From contig OX597820.1 in NCBI GenBank assembly GCA_951406725.2, forward strand, positions 2,914,001-2,978,000: a stretch of DNA of 64,000 nt. The letters are read 5' to 3'. The DNA comes from Octopus vulgaris. Lineage: Eukaryota. Of this stretch, positions 37,926-53,297 are shown in pieces. Each line of letters opens with the position of its first letter. The stretch's first letter is position 1. Position numbers and translations under genes: made by a program. Under the pieces are notes generated by a model. The model did not search any database and had not been told where the DNA came from. It saw only the letters and a program-made list of their open reading frames with translations.

Positions 37926-40900
37926 TCTGAATATTTTTTTAATCATACCTAATGAGCCAACTATGATAGGAATTGTTTCTGCTTTTAAACTCCACGTTCG
38001 AGTTACCTATATTCCCAGGTCTTTGTATTTTGAAAGTTTCTTTTAGAGAAACATTGTCATCTGTTGCTACTGATACATTGATTAAAAAGCATTTTATTCT
38101 TGATGATCTCTGACAACTATATCTGGCCTATTATTATTATTCAGTAGTTTTATTTTATCACATGCTTTCACTACACTACCGAGCACAGCTCTGTGTGCCT
38201 TGAGTATGTGCTGTGGTTTGTTGTGGTGCTCTTATTTTCACTGTATTGAAAGTGTTTTGTGTAAGATGTGTGCAGGGACTAGTAGTGCAATTTTCTGTAT
38301 GTTATATATATTTATAAGTCCTGGTGTTTTTGTTATGTATTTGTCTGAATAGTTTTTTTTATGATTATTATTATTATTGTTATGTTCTGAGTTCAAATTC
38401 TGCCATGGTCGACTTTGCCTTTCATCCTTCTGGGCTCAATAAATTACTAGGGTCGAAGTGATCGATTGTCCCCTTCCCCACAAAAATCCAGGACTTGTGC
38501 CTATAGTAGAAACGATTATTATACTACTACTACTACTACTGCTGCTGCTGTTATCATCATCATCATCATCATCATCAAGATGGAGAGCTGGCAAAACCAT
38601 CATCATGTCTGACAAAATGCTTAGAAGCATTTCATCCGTCTTTAATGTTCTGAGTTCAAATTCTGTTGAGGTCGGCTTTGCTTTCCATCCTTTCGGGGTC
38701 AACGAAATAAACACCAGTTGACAACTGGAGTCGACATAATCAGCTGGCCCCTTCCCCACCAAATTTCAGGCCTTGTGCCAATTACAGAAAAGGTTAATAT
38801 TGTTATTATTATTTAATCAAGGAGGCAAGCTGGTAGAATCGTTAGCACATCAAGCAAAATGCTTCACAGCATTTCATCTGTCTTTACATTCTGAGTTCAA
38901 ATTCTGCTGAGGTCAACTTTGCCTTTCATCCTTCCTGGGGCGTCAATAAAATAGTTACTAGTTGAACACTTGGGACGATGTAATCGACTGACTTCATCCT
39001 CGAAATTACTGGTCTTGTGCCAAAATTTGAAACCATTATTATCATTATTATTTAATTAATAAGGAAGGGAAAGGTTTCTCACAGCCGTTGGCCAGATAAG
39101 AGACACGTTAGAAACTCTTTTGAGTTGAGGAAGAATTATTGAAAACTGCAGAGGAAGCAGAAAATTTTGGATGGGACAAACATGCCAAGTTTTAGGAAAA
39201 GTTTCGTTTTCACATTTGTTTCCTTAATTTGTTTAAAAAGATACATTGCAAACATAAATGGAAGTTATTTCCTAAATTCTGGAATCCCTTAAAATATTAC
39301 TGCCAGCTTTTTATGTAGTGTTTTAGAAACGGAAATCTGTGAACAGTGGCTCTCCTCTCCAACATCGCAGTTAGAGAAGTGTAGCTGCAGAAGGGAGATA
39401 ACTGTAATTTCACCGAGAATGTGAAGCAAATAAAGGGAGACAATCTTCTTCATCTGTTTAAATGTCATAAAACTTACCAGCGAGTGATATTCATTGTGCA
39501 AGAAATAGCAGCCAAATTTCCTTCATATCTCATTCTCAAATTACGTGTCCATTTTGAGACTTTTGCTGAAAAAGGACACTTTTAATTCATCATATTAGAA
39601 AATTTGTGATGGTCAAGACTGGAACGTCTTCGATCCTAGGTCTCACTTGCTCAGAATTTACCAGAAATTAAACAGTAATTCAGTGCAGTTACTGTATTTA
39701 ATAGTGTATAAGACATGGTTTTTTTTTTAATGCATCAAAAAATTGCTCTACGTTTAATGAGGCTTTATAACGGATGGCAGACTGAGCGCCATAGACAAGG
39801 GAACTGGATGAACGTAAATCCGCTGGGTACAATACGATAACTGTTACTAAGAATAAATTATTAAAAACAAAAATATCCAGTCTTATGGTGACGTGTTTAG
39901 AATACGTTAACGGTTATGTGAAGAGATCACATCATCTCATTATAACCTCTTCCTCAGCATACGTAACCCACACTTGATCTGCGTCTTACATTGTTTAATG
40001 GCTGTAATACTTTTAAGAAACAATTTTTAATTATCTAAATGAAAAACTCTCCTGGAAAGAAGAAAGCAATGTTAAACTTTCGTCTACCAGTCAGCCATTT
40101 GCAATGAGTGGATGACAACAAAATCATAGCAGTGGTGCACCACCCTGGTGGCCAATCACAGTAACAATAAGCATCACAGCCATAAATATGAGTTTTACAT
40201 CTTGTATGACAGTTCTCTGGACCCAAATATAATCAACTAAAACTGTTGATCTGAAAGAAGATAAAACTGAAGTGCAATAGTCATATCATGTGGTTTACTC
40301 TTTTACTTGTTTCAGTCATTGGACTGCGGCCATGCTGATGAGGAGGCCTTTAGTTTAGCAAATCGACCTCAGAGCTTATTCTATCAGTCTCTTTTGCCGA
40401 ACTGCTAAGTTATGGGGACATAAACACACCAGCATCGGTTTCCAAGTGATGTTAGGGGGACAAACACAAACACCCATACATATGACGGGCTTCTTTCAGT
40501 TTCCTTCTACCAAATCCACTCACAAGGCTTTTGTCAGCCTGAGGTTATAGTAGAAGACACTTGCCCAAGGTGCCACGCAGTGGGACTGAACCCAGGACCA
40601 TGTGGTTGGTAAGCAAGCTACTTACCACACAATCACTCCTGTGCCTATATGTATAAGATAGATTTATAGTTTTATATTTTATTCCAGTATACTATCACAG
40701 CATTGTATGTTTTCATGGGCAGAACCATGCATTTCCCCCAACAAAGCCACTTTGAAATATCTTTCAATGTGTGCAGAGTGAAATGTCCCAATTTTGTTTG
40801 GTTTTTTTCTCCACACAATATATTCATCAAATAGGGTTGCATCATGTGAGAGAGTGTATTAAATGCTGCTAAATACAGCAATTAAAAGGATGTAAATGCT

Positions 40901-41468
40901 GCAGAAAAGACAGATTGGAAACTGCTCAGATTTGCCAACCAAATTGTGAAAGTAACAGAGTTTTCTCACATTTCCATTGTATACTCTTTTACTCTTTTAC
41001 TTGTTTCAGTCATTTGACTGCGGCCATGCTGCAGCACCGCCTTTAGTCGAGCAAATCGACCCCGGGATTTATTCTTTGTAAGCCCAGTACTTATTCTATC
41101 GGTCTCTTTCGCCAAACCGCTAAGTGATGGGGACGTAAACACACCAGCATCGGTTGTCAAGCAATGCTAGGGGGACAAACACACACACACAAACACATAC
41201 ACACACATAAATACATATACATATATACGACAGGCTTCTATTAGTTTCCGTCTACCAAATCCACTCACAAGGCATTGGTCGGCCCGGGGCTATAGCAGAA
41301 GACACTTGCCCAAGATGCCACGCAGTGGGACTGAACCCGGAACCATGTGGTTGGTTAGCAAGCTACTTACCACACAGCCACTCCTGCGCCTATATAATGT
41401 TTTTTTTATATTTCTTTCGAAACACAATGTTAATATTTTAATATTTTATTTTATTTTATTTTTCACAG

Positions 41469-41616
41469 GCAAAATATTACAAAATATGACAGTTTTTCAA
41501 GCAAAAGGCATAAAACCAAAATTAACCGAACATACCAGCTTCCTGACATGTCCTATTTCTTGAACCAATTCAACTCAAAGCAATGCCATAACATGATAGA
41601 TTCCTTGGAATTATAG
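41469..41616 (+). CDS. MTTP: MTTP exon 18 (QNITKYD...YFLNQFNSKQCHNMIDSLEL*)
   Basis: Long T-tract + cacAG, phase 2, TAG at 41614-41616; NSKQC resembles human LHQENSEMC. Confidence 0.92.
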
Positions 41617-42509
41617 TCTGAGATTGGTTCCAACAAGTGTTTGTCCCATTTTGTTTTTCTCTTCACCAGAATTTCATTATTTTGATATAAACTATATTTT
41701 TTTTTAATTATCTTTGTTTTGGGTTTGTTTTTTTTTTTTATTTCATTTATCTTTTTTTTTTCTTTTTACTTGTTTCAGTCATTAGACTGTGGCCATGCTG
41801 GGGCCTCTAAGAATTTTTAGCTGAATGAATTAACCCCAGCACTTATTTTCTTTTTCAAAGATGGTACTTATTCTATCGATTTCTTTTGCTGAACTGCTAA
41901 GTTACAGGGATGTAAACACACCAACACCAGTTGTCAAGCAATGGTGGGGGACATATACACACACACACACACACATACACACACACAGAATATATACATA
42001 CAACCGGCTTCTTTCAGTTTTTGTCTACCAAATCCACTCACAAGGTTTGGTCAGCCCGAGGCTATAGTAGAAGACACTTGCCCAAGGTGTCAGACAGTAG
42101 GACTGAACCCGGAACCATGTGGTTGAAAGTAAGCTTCTTACCACAGAGCCACACCTGCAGTTTTTGAAAATATTTAAAGATAAAGACATCAATGATGAGG
42201 AACAAAAATAAATGCCACTGATGGAATTTATGAAACGATAAGAAGTTTGTGTGTGTGTGTGTGTGTGTATGTAATTCTTATCAATTCACAAATATATATT
42301 TGAAATATTGGTTTCTAATTTTGGCACAAGGCCAGCAATTTCAGGGGAGGTGGTAATTCGGTTACATCAACTCCATGGCTCAACTGGTTCCTATTTGATC
42401 AAGCGTGAAATGAGGACAGGCAAAGTCGACCTCAGTGGAGTTTGAACTCGGAACGTAAAGACAGACAGAATGCCACTGAGTACTTTGCCCAGCATACTGC
42501 CTTAAATAT

Positions 42510-42786
42510 ATATCATCATCATCATCGTCGTCATCGTCATCATCATCATCACCATCATCGTCATTATTGTCATCATCGTCATCATTGTCATCATCATTAT
42601 CATCGTCATCATCACCATCAGCGTCATTGTCATCATCATTATCATCGTCATCATCATCATCGTCGTCATCATGGTCATCATCATTGCCATCATCATCACC
42701 ATCATCGTCATCATCAGCGTTATTGTCATCATCATCATCATCCTCATCATTATCATCGTCGTCGTTATCATTGTCATTGTCATCAT
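42510..42786. repeat. Degenerate (CAT)n, the expanded tail of an RTE 3' end
   Basis: CAT/CGT/TGT triplets running directly into TTTAATGTC...CCATGC. Confidence 0.9.
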
Positions 42787-43696
42787 TTAATGTCTGTTTT
42801 TCCCATGCTTGCATGGGTTGGATGGCTTGGCAGGCTTCGGCAATCCAGACAGTTGCCCCAGGTTCCAATTATGTGTTCTGGCCTGGTTTCTACGGCTGGA
42901 TGCCTTTCCTAATGCCAACTTCTTTACAGAGTGTCCTGGGTGCTTTATACTTTGCACCAGCATGGGCACTTTTATGTGGTACTGAAAGAAATATTAATTA
43001 ATAATTCTTTCTAATTTTTTGGCACAAGGCCAGCAATTTTGAAGGGAGGAAGAAAGTCAATTAAAATCAATGCCATACTTGATTAGTTCTTTACTTAGTG
43101 CCACCATCGTTACCAGTTCCGCCTGACTGGCCCCTGTGCTGGTGGCATGTAAAAAGTACCATTCAAGTATGGTCAATGCCAGTACCCCCTGACTGGCCCC
43201 TGTGCTGGTGGCACGTAAAAAGCGTCCACTACACTCTCGGAGTGGTTGGCATTAGGAAAGGAATCCAGCTGTAGAAACTTTGCCAGATCAGATTGGACTG
43301 TGGTGCAGCCTCCTGGCTTGCCAATCCCCAGTCAAACCGTCCAACCCATGCCAGCATGGAAAACGGACGTTAAACGATGATGATGATGATGATGATCGCT
43401 GAGGGGAAGAAAGGCAAAGTTGATCTGGATGGGATTTGAACTCAGAATGTAGAGAGCCAAAAGTAATTCCTTGAAGCATTTTGTCTGGCAGGATGCTGAT
43501 TCTGCTGGCTCATTAACGATGCAGCTCTCATTTGATAATTCTTTTATTTGCTTCAGTCACTTGGCTGCAACCATGCTGGAGCACCTCTTTTGTCGAACAC
43601 ATCAGTCCCAGGACTTATTCTTTGTAAGCCTAGTACTTATTCTATTGGTCTCTTCTTCCGAACTGCTAAGTTCCAGGGACGTAAACACAGACGCAT

Positions 43697-43748
<52 letters not shown>

Positions 43749-46180
43749 GACAGGCTTCTTTCAGTTTCCATCTACCAAATCCACTCACAAGGCTTTGGTC
43801 GGCCTGAAGCTATAGTAGAAGACACTTGCCCAAGGTGTCACACAGTGGGACTAAACCCAGGACCATATTGTTGGTAAGCAAGCTACTTACCACACAGCCA
43901 CGCCTGTTCCTAATCCCAGGATTTAATGACTTTTTCTTTTTCTATAGCAAATATAATTCAAGCCAAACTTTATCTTTGTTGTTTTTTTTAAACAGTGAGT
44001 TAACAAAGTGTCGGACCAAATACCTTGTTTTATTTATTTCAGTTCTTTGAGATTTAATCTTGCTGGGTCAAAGTGGACAAACACAAAGCCATCCATTGGA
44101 TGTAGTTGTTGTTGTTGCTTAGCTACAAGCAGGCCTATGAGCAAAGGTGTTACAGTCATGACCATCCAGCCTTTTTCTTAGGCACAGTGCCCTTGGAACC
44201 ATATTGTAGAAAATATATCGTGGTACTCTGTTGATCACAATGATGAGGGTTCCAGTTGATCTGATCAATGGAAGAGCCTGCTCGGGAAATTAATGTGCAA
44301 GTGGCTGAGCACTCCACAGACACCTGTGTACCCTTAACATAGTTCTCGGGGAGATTCAGCATGGTTCTTTTGAAATATAGGTACAACAGAAACAGGAAGC
44401 AAGTGAGAGAGAAAGTTGTGGTGAAAGAGTAGGTATTTTTGCTCAATAAACACTCACAACGCCCAGTCTGGGAATTGAAACTGCGCTTCTATGACTGCGA
44501 GTCCGCTGCCCTAACCACTGGGCCATTGCACCTCCAAGCCTTGGGACCATATTGTAGAAAATATATATTCAAACAATGTAACAACAGATGAAATAGAGAA
44601 AAAGTTTGTACAGTTTGGTTTATTCTATAGAAAATACCATCTCCACAGATTCTGCTTACCATTAGAAGTTGTGGACTGTGACAAAATTGGGTGGAATAAT
44701 AATGTAATAAATAGTAAAGGGGCTTCTTTTTCAGTTTTAAGAAATGTCTGTTCTTCATAATCAGGATTTTATGTCTGGGCTGACAGTGATTAGTCATGCC
44801 TGTTGATATAGCAGCACACTAATTGCTGATTAGTGAGAATTAACTTAGTTTGGCTGTTGAGTAAGTCTGTTAGCATAGCTGACATGTATTAGTGAAGTCC
44901 ACCCATCCAGTATAAGGTTTTTATAAGATGGCAGGGTGGGAGACCATCAGTTTCTGATATTGCATTAGGTGAGCCAACGAGTTATCATTTACATCATTGT
45001 TTGACCTGATATAAATATAATGAAATTACCTGTTACTGGGCAGCCAACTAGGTTACTACAAGCAGGTGATTTTGCACATTAATCTATCGGTAGTGGAGTT
45101 GAAAGGAAAAGGGAACAATGAAAGGGTCTGGTCCAGGCTATGCTTTTAAGGAGACATTTTATGGTCAGTTGTATAAGTGTGTGTGGGGAGAGGGGTACCA
45201 GCAAAGTCAAGACCTACCTGGAGCAGTAATCTCTAGCTACACTATCACAGCCCTCAGTCTGTTATAACACCTGCAGTTTTTGACTAGAACTTTTTATTGA
45301 TCCTGGAAGGATGCATAGCAAAGTCAGCCTTGATGAGATTTGAACTCAGTACATAACAGACCATAGATTAACACTGCAAGTCATTTTGTAAGACATTAAT
45401 GATTCTCTTAATCCCTCAGTATTAAACAGGGTCTCTCACAACGATCCTAGTGTCTCTCCCCTGTTTGTTACTTGTGCTCAAAGCGTGTCTCATTATTAGA
45501 AGACTCCCTAATAAAGTCAGCTGGCAGAATCGTTAGCATGTCGGGTGAAATGCTTAGCGGTATTTCATCTGCTGCTACATTCTGAGTTCAAATTCCACCG
45601 AGGTTGACTTTGCTTTTCATCCTTTTGGGGGGTTAATAAATTAAGTACCAGTTGCATACTGGGGTTGATCAAATTGACTGGCGTTGTGCCTATAGTAGAA
45701 AGGATTAATATGAAACTCCCAGTACAAAGTAATTTTTAAACAGCCCCATCACCATTTAGTATTTCTGCTTTGGTTAATGGTATCTAAGTCATTACTTCAT
45801 TCTGGCAAAGTGCCAAGTTCCAAGAACTCACCCTTTCCCGTTATTGCTTAAGAATTTGTGTCAATGCTGTAGAATTTAAGATAACATACCTTCCATCTGA
45901 GAGTACTGTAATCCCATATCTGCAGTGTGTCGTATGGCATAATATGATGCCAATCACTGCTTGTGAGTTTCCTCCACTGTTATATATAATTTGGGTCAAA
46001 TTCTTCGTTAATTTTTATGAATAGAGCAAAATGTTTGTATCCAAAAAAACATTTGTCAAACTTGACCGTCTGCTTCTGCTTCAGTATCTAGTCTCAGTGA
46101 GACAGGTCAGACATTGATGAGGAATATTTCTGTCCAATCTTAGTCCCAGGAATAGAGAACAATAGAGAAACAATTCTTAA

Positions 46181-46402
46181 CCCTTTCGATACCAACCCAG
46201 CTGAAACCGGTTCTGGCTCTGTAGTACAAATGTCTTGTTTTCGAAAGTTTTGAATTAAAATCTTCCACCAAACCTTAGTCACAATTTATGTTCCTAACAC
46301 TGGCTTAATGATAACTAAGTTATTTTACTAAATTCTTTGTTATATTTAAAATTAATTGAAAGAAACACAAAGCATCTCAACAGAAATATGGTAACAAAAG
46401 GG
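46181..46402. mobile_element. piggyBac-like MITE
   Basis: TTAA on both flanks; imperfect TIR CCCTTT(C/T)G(A/T)TACCA. Confidence 0.85.
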
Positions 46403-46907
46403 TTAAATATTAGGAAATGAAATTTACTGAAAACAAATAAAAGAGAATTACAGTAGGACATGTTCACCCATGTCCTACCTTTTGGACATGACACCTAAAG
46501 AAGAGAAAAAAACAGAAAGTTCCAGAGGTAATTAAGTGTGTTTATTTACATTTTATATTGAAATTATCTTGTGAGATGAAAAAATTTTTTTAAAGTGTTG
46601 GCAGCCTGCTCTGACGCTCAACAAAATGTAGAAATTTTAAATTTACATTTAATTTATTCAAGATTTAATTCATTTTATGTTTTTATTCCATTTAGCTTAG
46701 TAGGAAAATATACATAGACACAGATAGATACGACTGAGTGGTTTGCAGCCAATATGGTTCCAGGTTCAGTCCCACCGCACGGCACCATAGGCAAGTGCCT
46801 CCAACTACATATTGAACCAGTTTTGGTGACAGTACTTTTTGGCAAATACGCACACACACACACATACACACACACACACCTGTACAGAAATATACACATA
46901 CAGATAA

Positions 46908-46946
<39 letters not shown>

Positions 46947-47622
46947 CTACAACTTATTCGTTGAATATGATTGACAAACTTTTCTCCCTCCTCAGAAACA
47001 TAAAAAGAAATAAGCTCATACACAGAAACTGAGAGGGAGGGGCAAAGGAGAGAGAGAGAGGAGGAGGAGGAGGAGGAGAGAGAGACAGACAGAGAAAAAG
47101 AGGGAGGGGGGTTGAAGGAGGAACATTAAGTCATCTGATGTCAAATAAGTCAGCATCGACTGAATGATGCCATCACAGCTGGGCCAAAACCATCTCCAAA
47201 CCTTTCAGCATAACTGATAGTATAATTTCTAACATTATCTTTTAGTTTTTACCTATTTCAGTCATGCTGTGGCCATGCTGGAACACTAGTCAAAAGAATT
47301 GACCCCAGTCCATATTTTTCAAATCTTGGTATTTAATCTGTCAGTATCTTTGGTTGAACCGCTAAGTTACAGGGACATAAACACACCGGGTGTCAAGCGG
47401 TAGTGGATAGCAAACACACACACACACATATGTATATATATATATACGTTGGTCTTCTTTCAATTTCCGTCTTCCAAATCCATTCACAAGGCTTTGGTTG
47501 GTCCAAGGCTATAATAGAAGGCACTTGCTCAAGGTGCCACACAGTGGGACTGAACCTGGAACCATGTGGTTGGAAGCAAACTTCTTACCAAGCTGCCATG
47601 TCTCTGCATACATGAATAAAAA

Positions 47623-47695
<73 letters not shown>

Positions 47696-48183
47696 AAGAG
47701 ACAGACAGACAGATATAGATAGATAGACAAAACTATATATATATATATATAAATAAAGGTTGGTCACGGCTGGAACACTTTAATCAAAAGCTTCCTCATC
47801 AGAGCTGAAACCAGCAAGAAACCAAATTGAATGTATTTTGGGTTCCCCTGACAATTTGTTCCAGTTCACTGGCGATAACATTATTCAAAGCAGTTCACTG
47901 TTTAATAGCAACTGAGTTTGGGCAACAAGGATTCAAGACTAACAGCCGACACTCTGCTGCTCCCCACCGATTCCCGCTTTTCTGGTTGTCTTTCGTTTCT
48001 ATTGCTTAATTGTTGTGCTTCTCTCTCTCTCTCTCTCTCTCTCACTTTTTACATGAACACAACAATAACCAGCAGATAATTGTGTCATACTCATTATAAA
48101 GTGTGTGCCTGTGTGTGTATGTACACACACATACACATACTGGCTTATACAAACTTACAGTCATTACTTGTACATGCTCCCAA

Positions 48184-48537
<354 letters not shown>

Positions 48538-49249
48538 TTTATAGAAGGAGCTTCTACAGGACTAGAACTGTTTCATTCAAATGAAATCATCATGCTGGGG
48601 TGCGACCTTAAAGGGTTCAGTCGAAGGGCTTAGTTGAACAGATTGACCCCAGTACATATTTTTTAAAGTCTGGTCCTTCTATCAGTCCTTTCTGCTGAAC
48701 TGCTTAGACAGACAGACAGACAGATATACAGGCTCGCATATTCATACAAGGACAGTGACACACACACACACACACAAAAGGGGTCGCCTAAGATAGAATA
48801 TAACTATGCTGTTTTAATACTGCTACATCTGGTTCTCCCAACGTGTGTCGCGGAGGGGGTGAAGGTGGGGGAGGTGTGTCTATATAAAAATAAGGTACAT
48901 TATTTATAAAACAGTCAAGATTTGGCTTTCTGTCGGCCCTTTTGAAGCAAGGTCTACACTTAAAAGGTGGGGGAGGTTTCTGCCTGGTTTGATCAAACAT
49001 GCCAGAAATACGTTCAGAGTCAACGATTCGAATGCTCGGCAAAAAAAATGTAACTTGATAAAATATTTGTGTAAACCAGAAAAGCAGATTGAATGTCTTT
49101 GTTTTGTAATGATTTGTATTTCTGATTTGTATCCAATAAATAAATTGACATGTACGGGGATTCTACGAGTTTCTGTTCTGCTCTCCCTCTCTCTAATCTA
49201 TCTATTTTTGCAGTGAGACAGAGAGAGAGGGAGAGAGCAAAAGACAGAA

Positions 49250-49285
<36 letters not shown>

Positions 49286-49357
49286 TGTGTAAAATAAAGG
49301 CAAAGACAACAACAAATAGTCTCTATACTGAATATTATACTTACAGTTCAAACTGTC

Positions 49358-49417
<60 letters not shown>

Positions 49418-49435
49418 CCTATCTACCTATCTCTC

Positions 49436-49468
<33 letters not shown>

Positions 49469-49839
49469 ATAACAATATTGACTGAGGTTACCGTGGTCTT
49501 TTTTGTAGGCTTTTCTTTCCACGGATAAACCTTATCTGCTTCTCCCTTTACACCGTACATCATGACATTGTGATACACGATCCCTATTGGTCGTTTTTTT
49601 TTTCCTCTTCCCCTTTTTTCCTCCTTTTTCTTTTTTTCTTTTCTTTTTTTGGTTTCCTTTTTTCCTTCTTTTTTCTCTTTTTTTTTTCTTTTTTTCCTTT
49701 TACGATCCCTTTTGATCAAAAACCTACGCCACTTTTTTTGTTTCTTTTGTTTTTTGTTTTTTTTTCATCCCCCAAAATAAAAGCTCTACCTTGTAATTTG
49801 TCCCATCTGTGTGCAGCCCTGTGTGGCCAATAGAGAAAC

Positions 49840-49933
<94 letters not shown>

Positions 49934-50020
49934 TAGATGGATGGATTGATGGATGGAGAGATGGACAGAGAGACAGAGAAGTGGACAGATAGATAGATAG
50001 ATAGATTAGATGGATGGATG

Positions 50021-50086
<66 letters not shown>

Positions 50087-50507
50087 CAAGTAACAGACGG
50101 ACAGGTAGGTAGGTAGATAGATAGATAGCCAGGAGGCTGCACCAGGCTCCAGTCTGATCTGGCAGATGTTTCTACAGCCGGATGCCCTTCCTAACGCCAA
50201 CCAATCTGAAAGTGTAGTGGGTGCTTTTTACGTGCCACCGGCACGGGAGACAGTCAGGTGGTTCTGGCATCGACCACATTCGGATGGTGCTTTTTACGTT
50301 CCACCGGCACGGGGAGCTTGTCAGGCTGCACTGGTATCGACCCACGCTCGAATGGTGCTTATTATGTTCCACCAGCACGGGTGCCAGTCCAGGTGGCACT
50401 GACATCGGTCACAACTAAGATTTCCATTTTGATTTCCATTTTACTTGATTCAATAGATCGCCCGACGATTCAAGGGTACTTTAAAATGGGCTGGTTATGC
50501 GACAGAG

Positions 50508-51785
<1,278 letters not shown>

Positions 51786-51892
51786 TATATGAAATTTTGA
51801 ATTTAGTTGACGGACTCCCAGTACTATCTTTGCGGACAACCAGGAGTCCGCGGACCACTGAGTTAGGCATTCATATGACTATATATATATAG

Positions 51893-51936
<44 letters not shown>

Positions 51937-52491
51937 GCGCGCAACAGCGTGTGTGTCTAGTTATACATGTAAAAATGCACGCACACACTTTCAGCATGAA
52001 TTCCACGAATACTGTTCAACACACAGGTATAATTTCCATTTTCCTCGTAATTTTAGTGCTTCCTGTCTGTCTGTGTCTCTCAATGTGTATCTGTGAGTAT
52101 GTGTGTTTATTTAACTTTAGAAGCAATTTTCCAAATAACATTCACTGATGTTTCGTTTTTGGATCTGATTTGCAAGATTCTTTGTTTGAGAGTCGAGACT
52201 ATTGGAAAGGTTGCAAGACGCAACGAAAACTTTCGGAAAATAAAAATAAGAAATAAGTGGGAATTTTACCGGTGCGTGTGTTAAATTATAAGGCACAAAA
52301 AAGGAAAATGACTCTCCCCAGACACAACAGAATTTACTGATGTGGAGTTGAGATTCAATAAAATCAGTGACATTAAATTTATTATGAACCAACACTATTA
52401 TAATAGAAGGAAAATTCCTTGGCACTGAGGGCGCCCTTCATGGCAGAGTGGTGCTCAGTGGGTCGTTGGATGATGGGTCTTGGCTATTTAA

Positions 52492-52711
52492 CCCTTTGGT
52501 GTTCACATTATTCTGTCTAAAGAATTGATTATTCAATCTCATTGCTTTGAATTATTCTTGTATTATTTTGTAGCTTTGAGAGTTTGATGAGGTAACTTTT
52601 AATTCTTAGAATGACATTGTAGGGTTGGTGTGAGAGACCAGATCTGGTCAGTTTGAACATAAAACATGAGGAATATTTTGGCCAGATACGACCAGTTTAA
52701 ATGCTAAAGGG
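52492..52711. mobile_element. piggyBac-like MITE, second family
   Basis: TTAA-CCCTTT...AAAGGG-TTAA. An inverted relative at ~34170-34612 is interrupted by a SINE with an ATTATGTTTGAC duplication. Confidence 0.8.
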
Positions 52712-52964
52712 TTAATCGTAGGAAAAAAACCCCCCAAAACCATGAAGGTCGTCGTTATAGTTCAATGATTTGGGAGTTTGTGGGAAAGTAGGATAGAAAT
52801 AGAAATAAGAATTTAGCTGACATATGTAAGATGATGAAAGTCTAGAGCAGGGAGTGGAAGACTTTCGTGTTGGATACAGAATACTTCCGTTTGGTCGTCG
52901 TTAATAATCATGGAATTTGTAAGAGACAAATATTTATACAACTGTACCGACATACGAATATACA

Positions 52965-53297
52965 TGTGTGTGTGTGTGTGTGTGTGCTTATGCGTGTATG
53001 TGCGTGTGTTGTGTGTGTGTATGTGTTGTGTGCGTGTGTATGTGTGTGTGTGTGTGCGTGTGTATGTGTGTGTTGTGTGTGCGTGCGTGTGTGTGTGTTG
53101 TGTGCGTGTTGTGTGTGTGTGTGTGCGTGTTGTGTGTGTGTGTATGTGTGTTGTGTGCGTGTGTTGTGTGTGTGTGTCGTATGTGCGTGTGTGAGTGTCG
53201 TATGAGCGTGTGTGTGTTGTGTGCGTGTGTTGTGTGCGTGTGTGTTATGTGCGTGTGTTGTGTGCGTGTGTATTGTGTGTTGTGTGTGTGTGTGTGT
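52965..53297. repeat. Degenerate (TG)n/(TGTGCGTGT) satellite
   Basis: Directly visible. Confidence 0.9.

Noticed and set aside
42380-43001. Poly-Asp/His/Ser ORFs
   Set aside because: Expanded (CAT)n tail of an RTE 3' end.
47785-47822. CTGATGAG on the minus strand as a hammerhead core (also 13386, 40336 plus)
   Set aside because: No stem II or downstream GAAA; embedded in other repeats.
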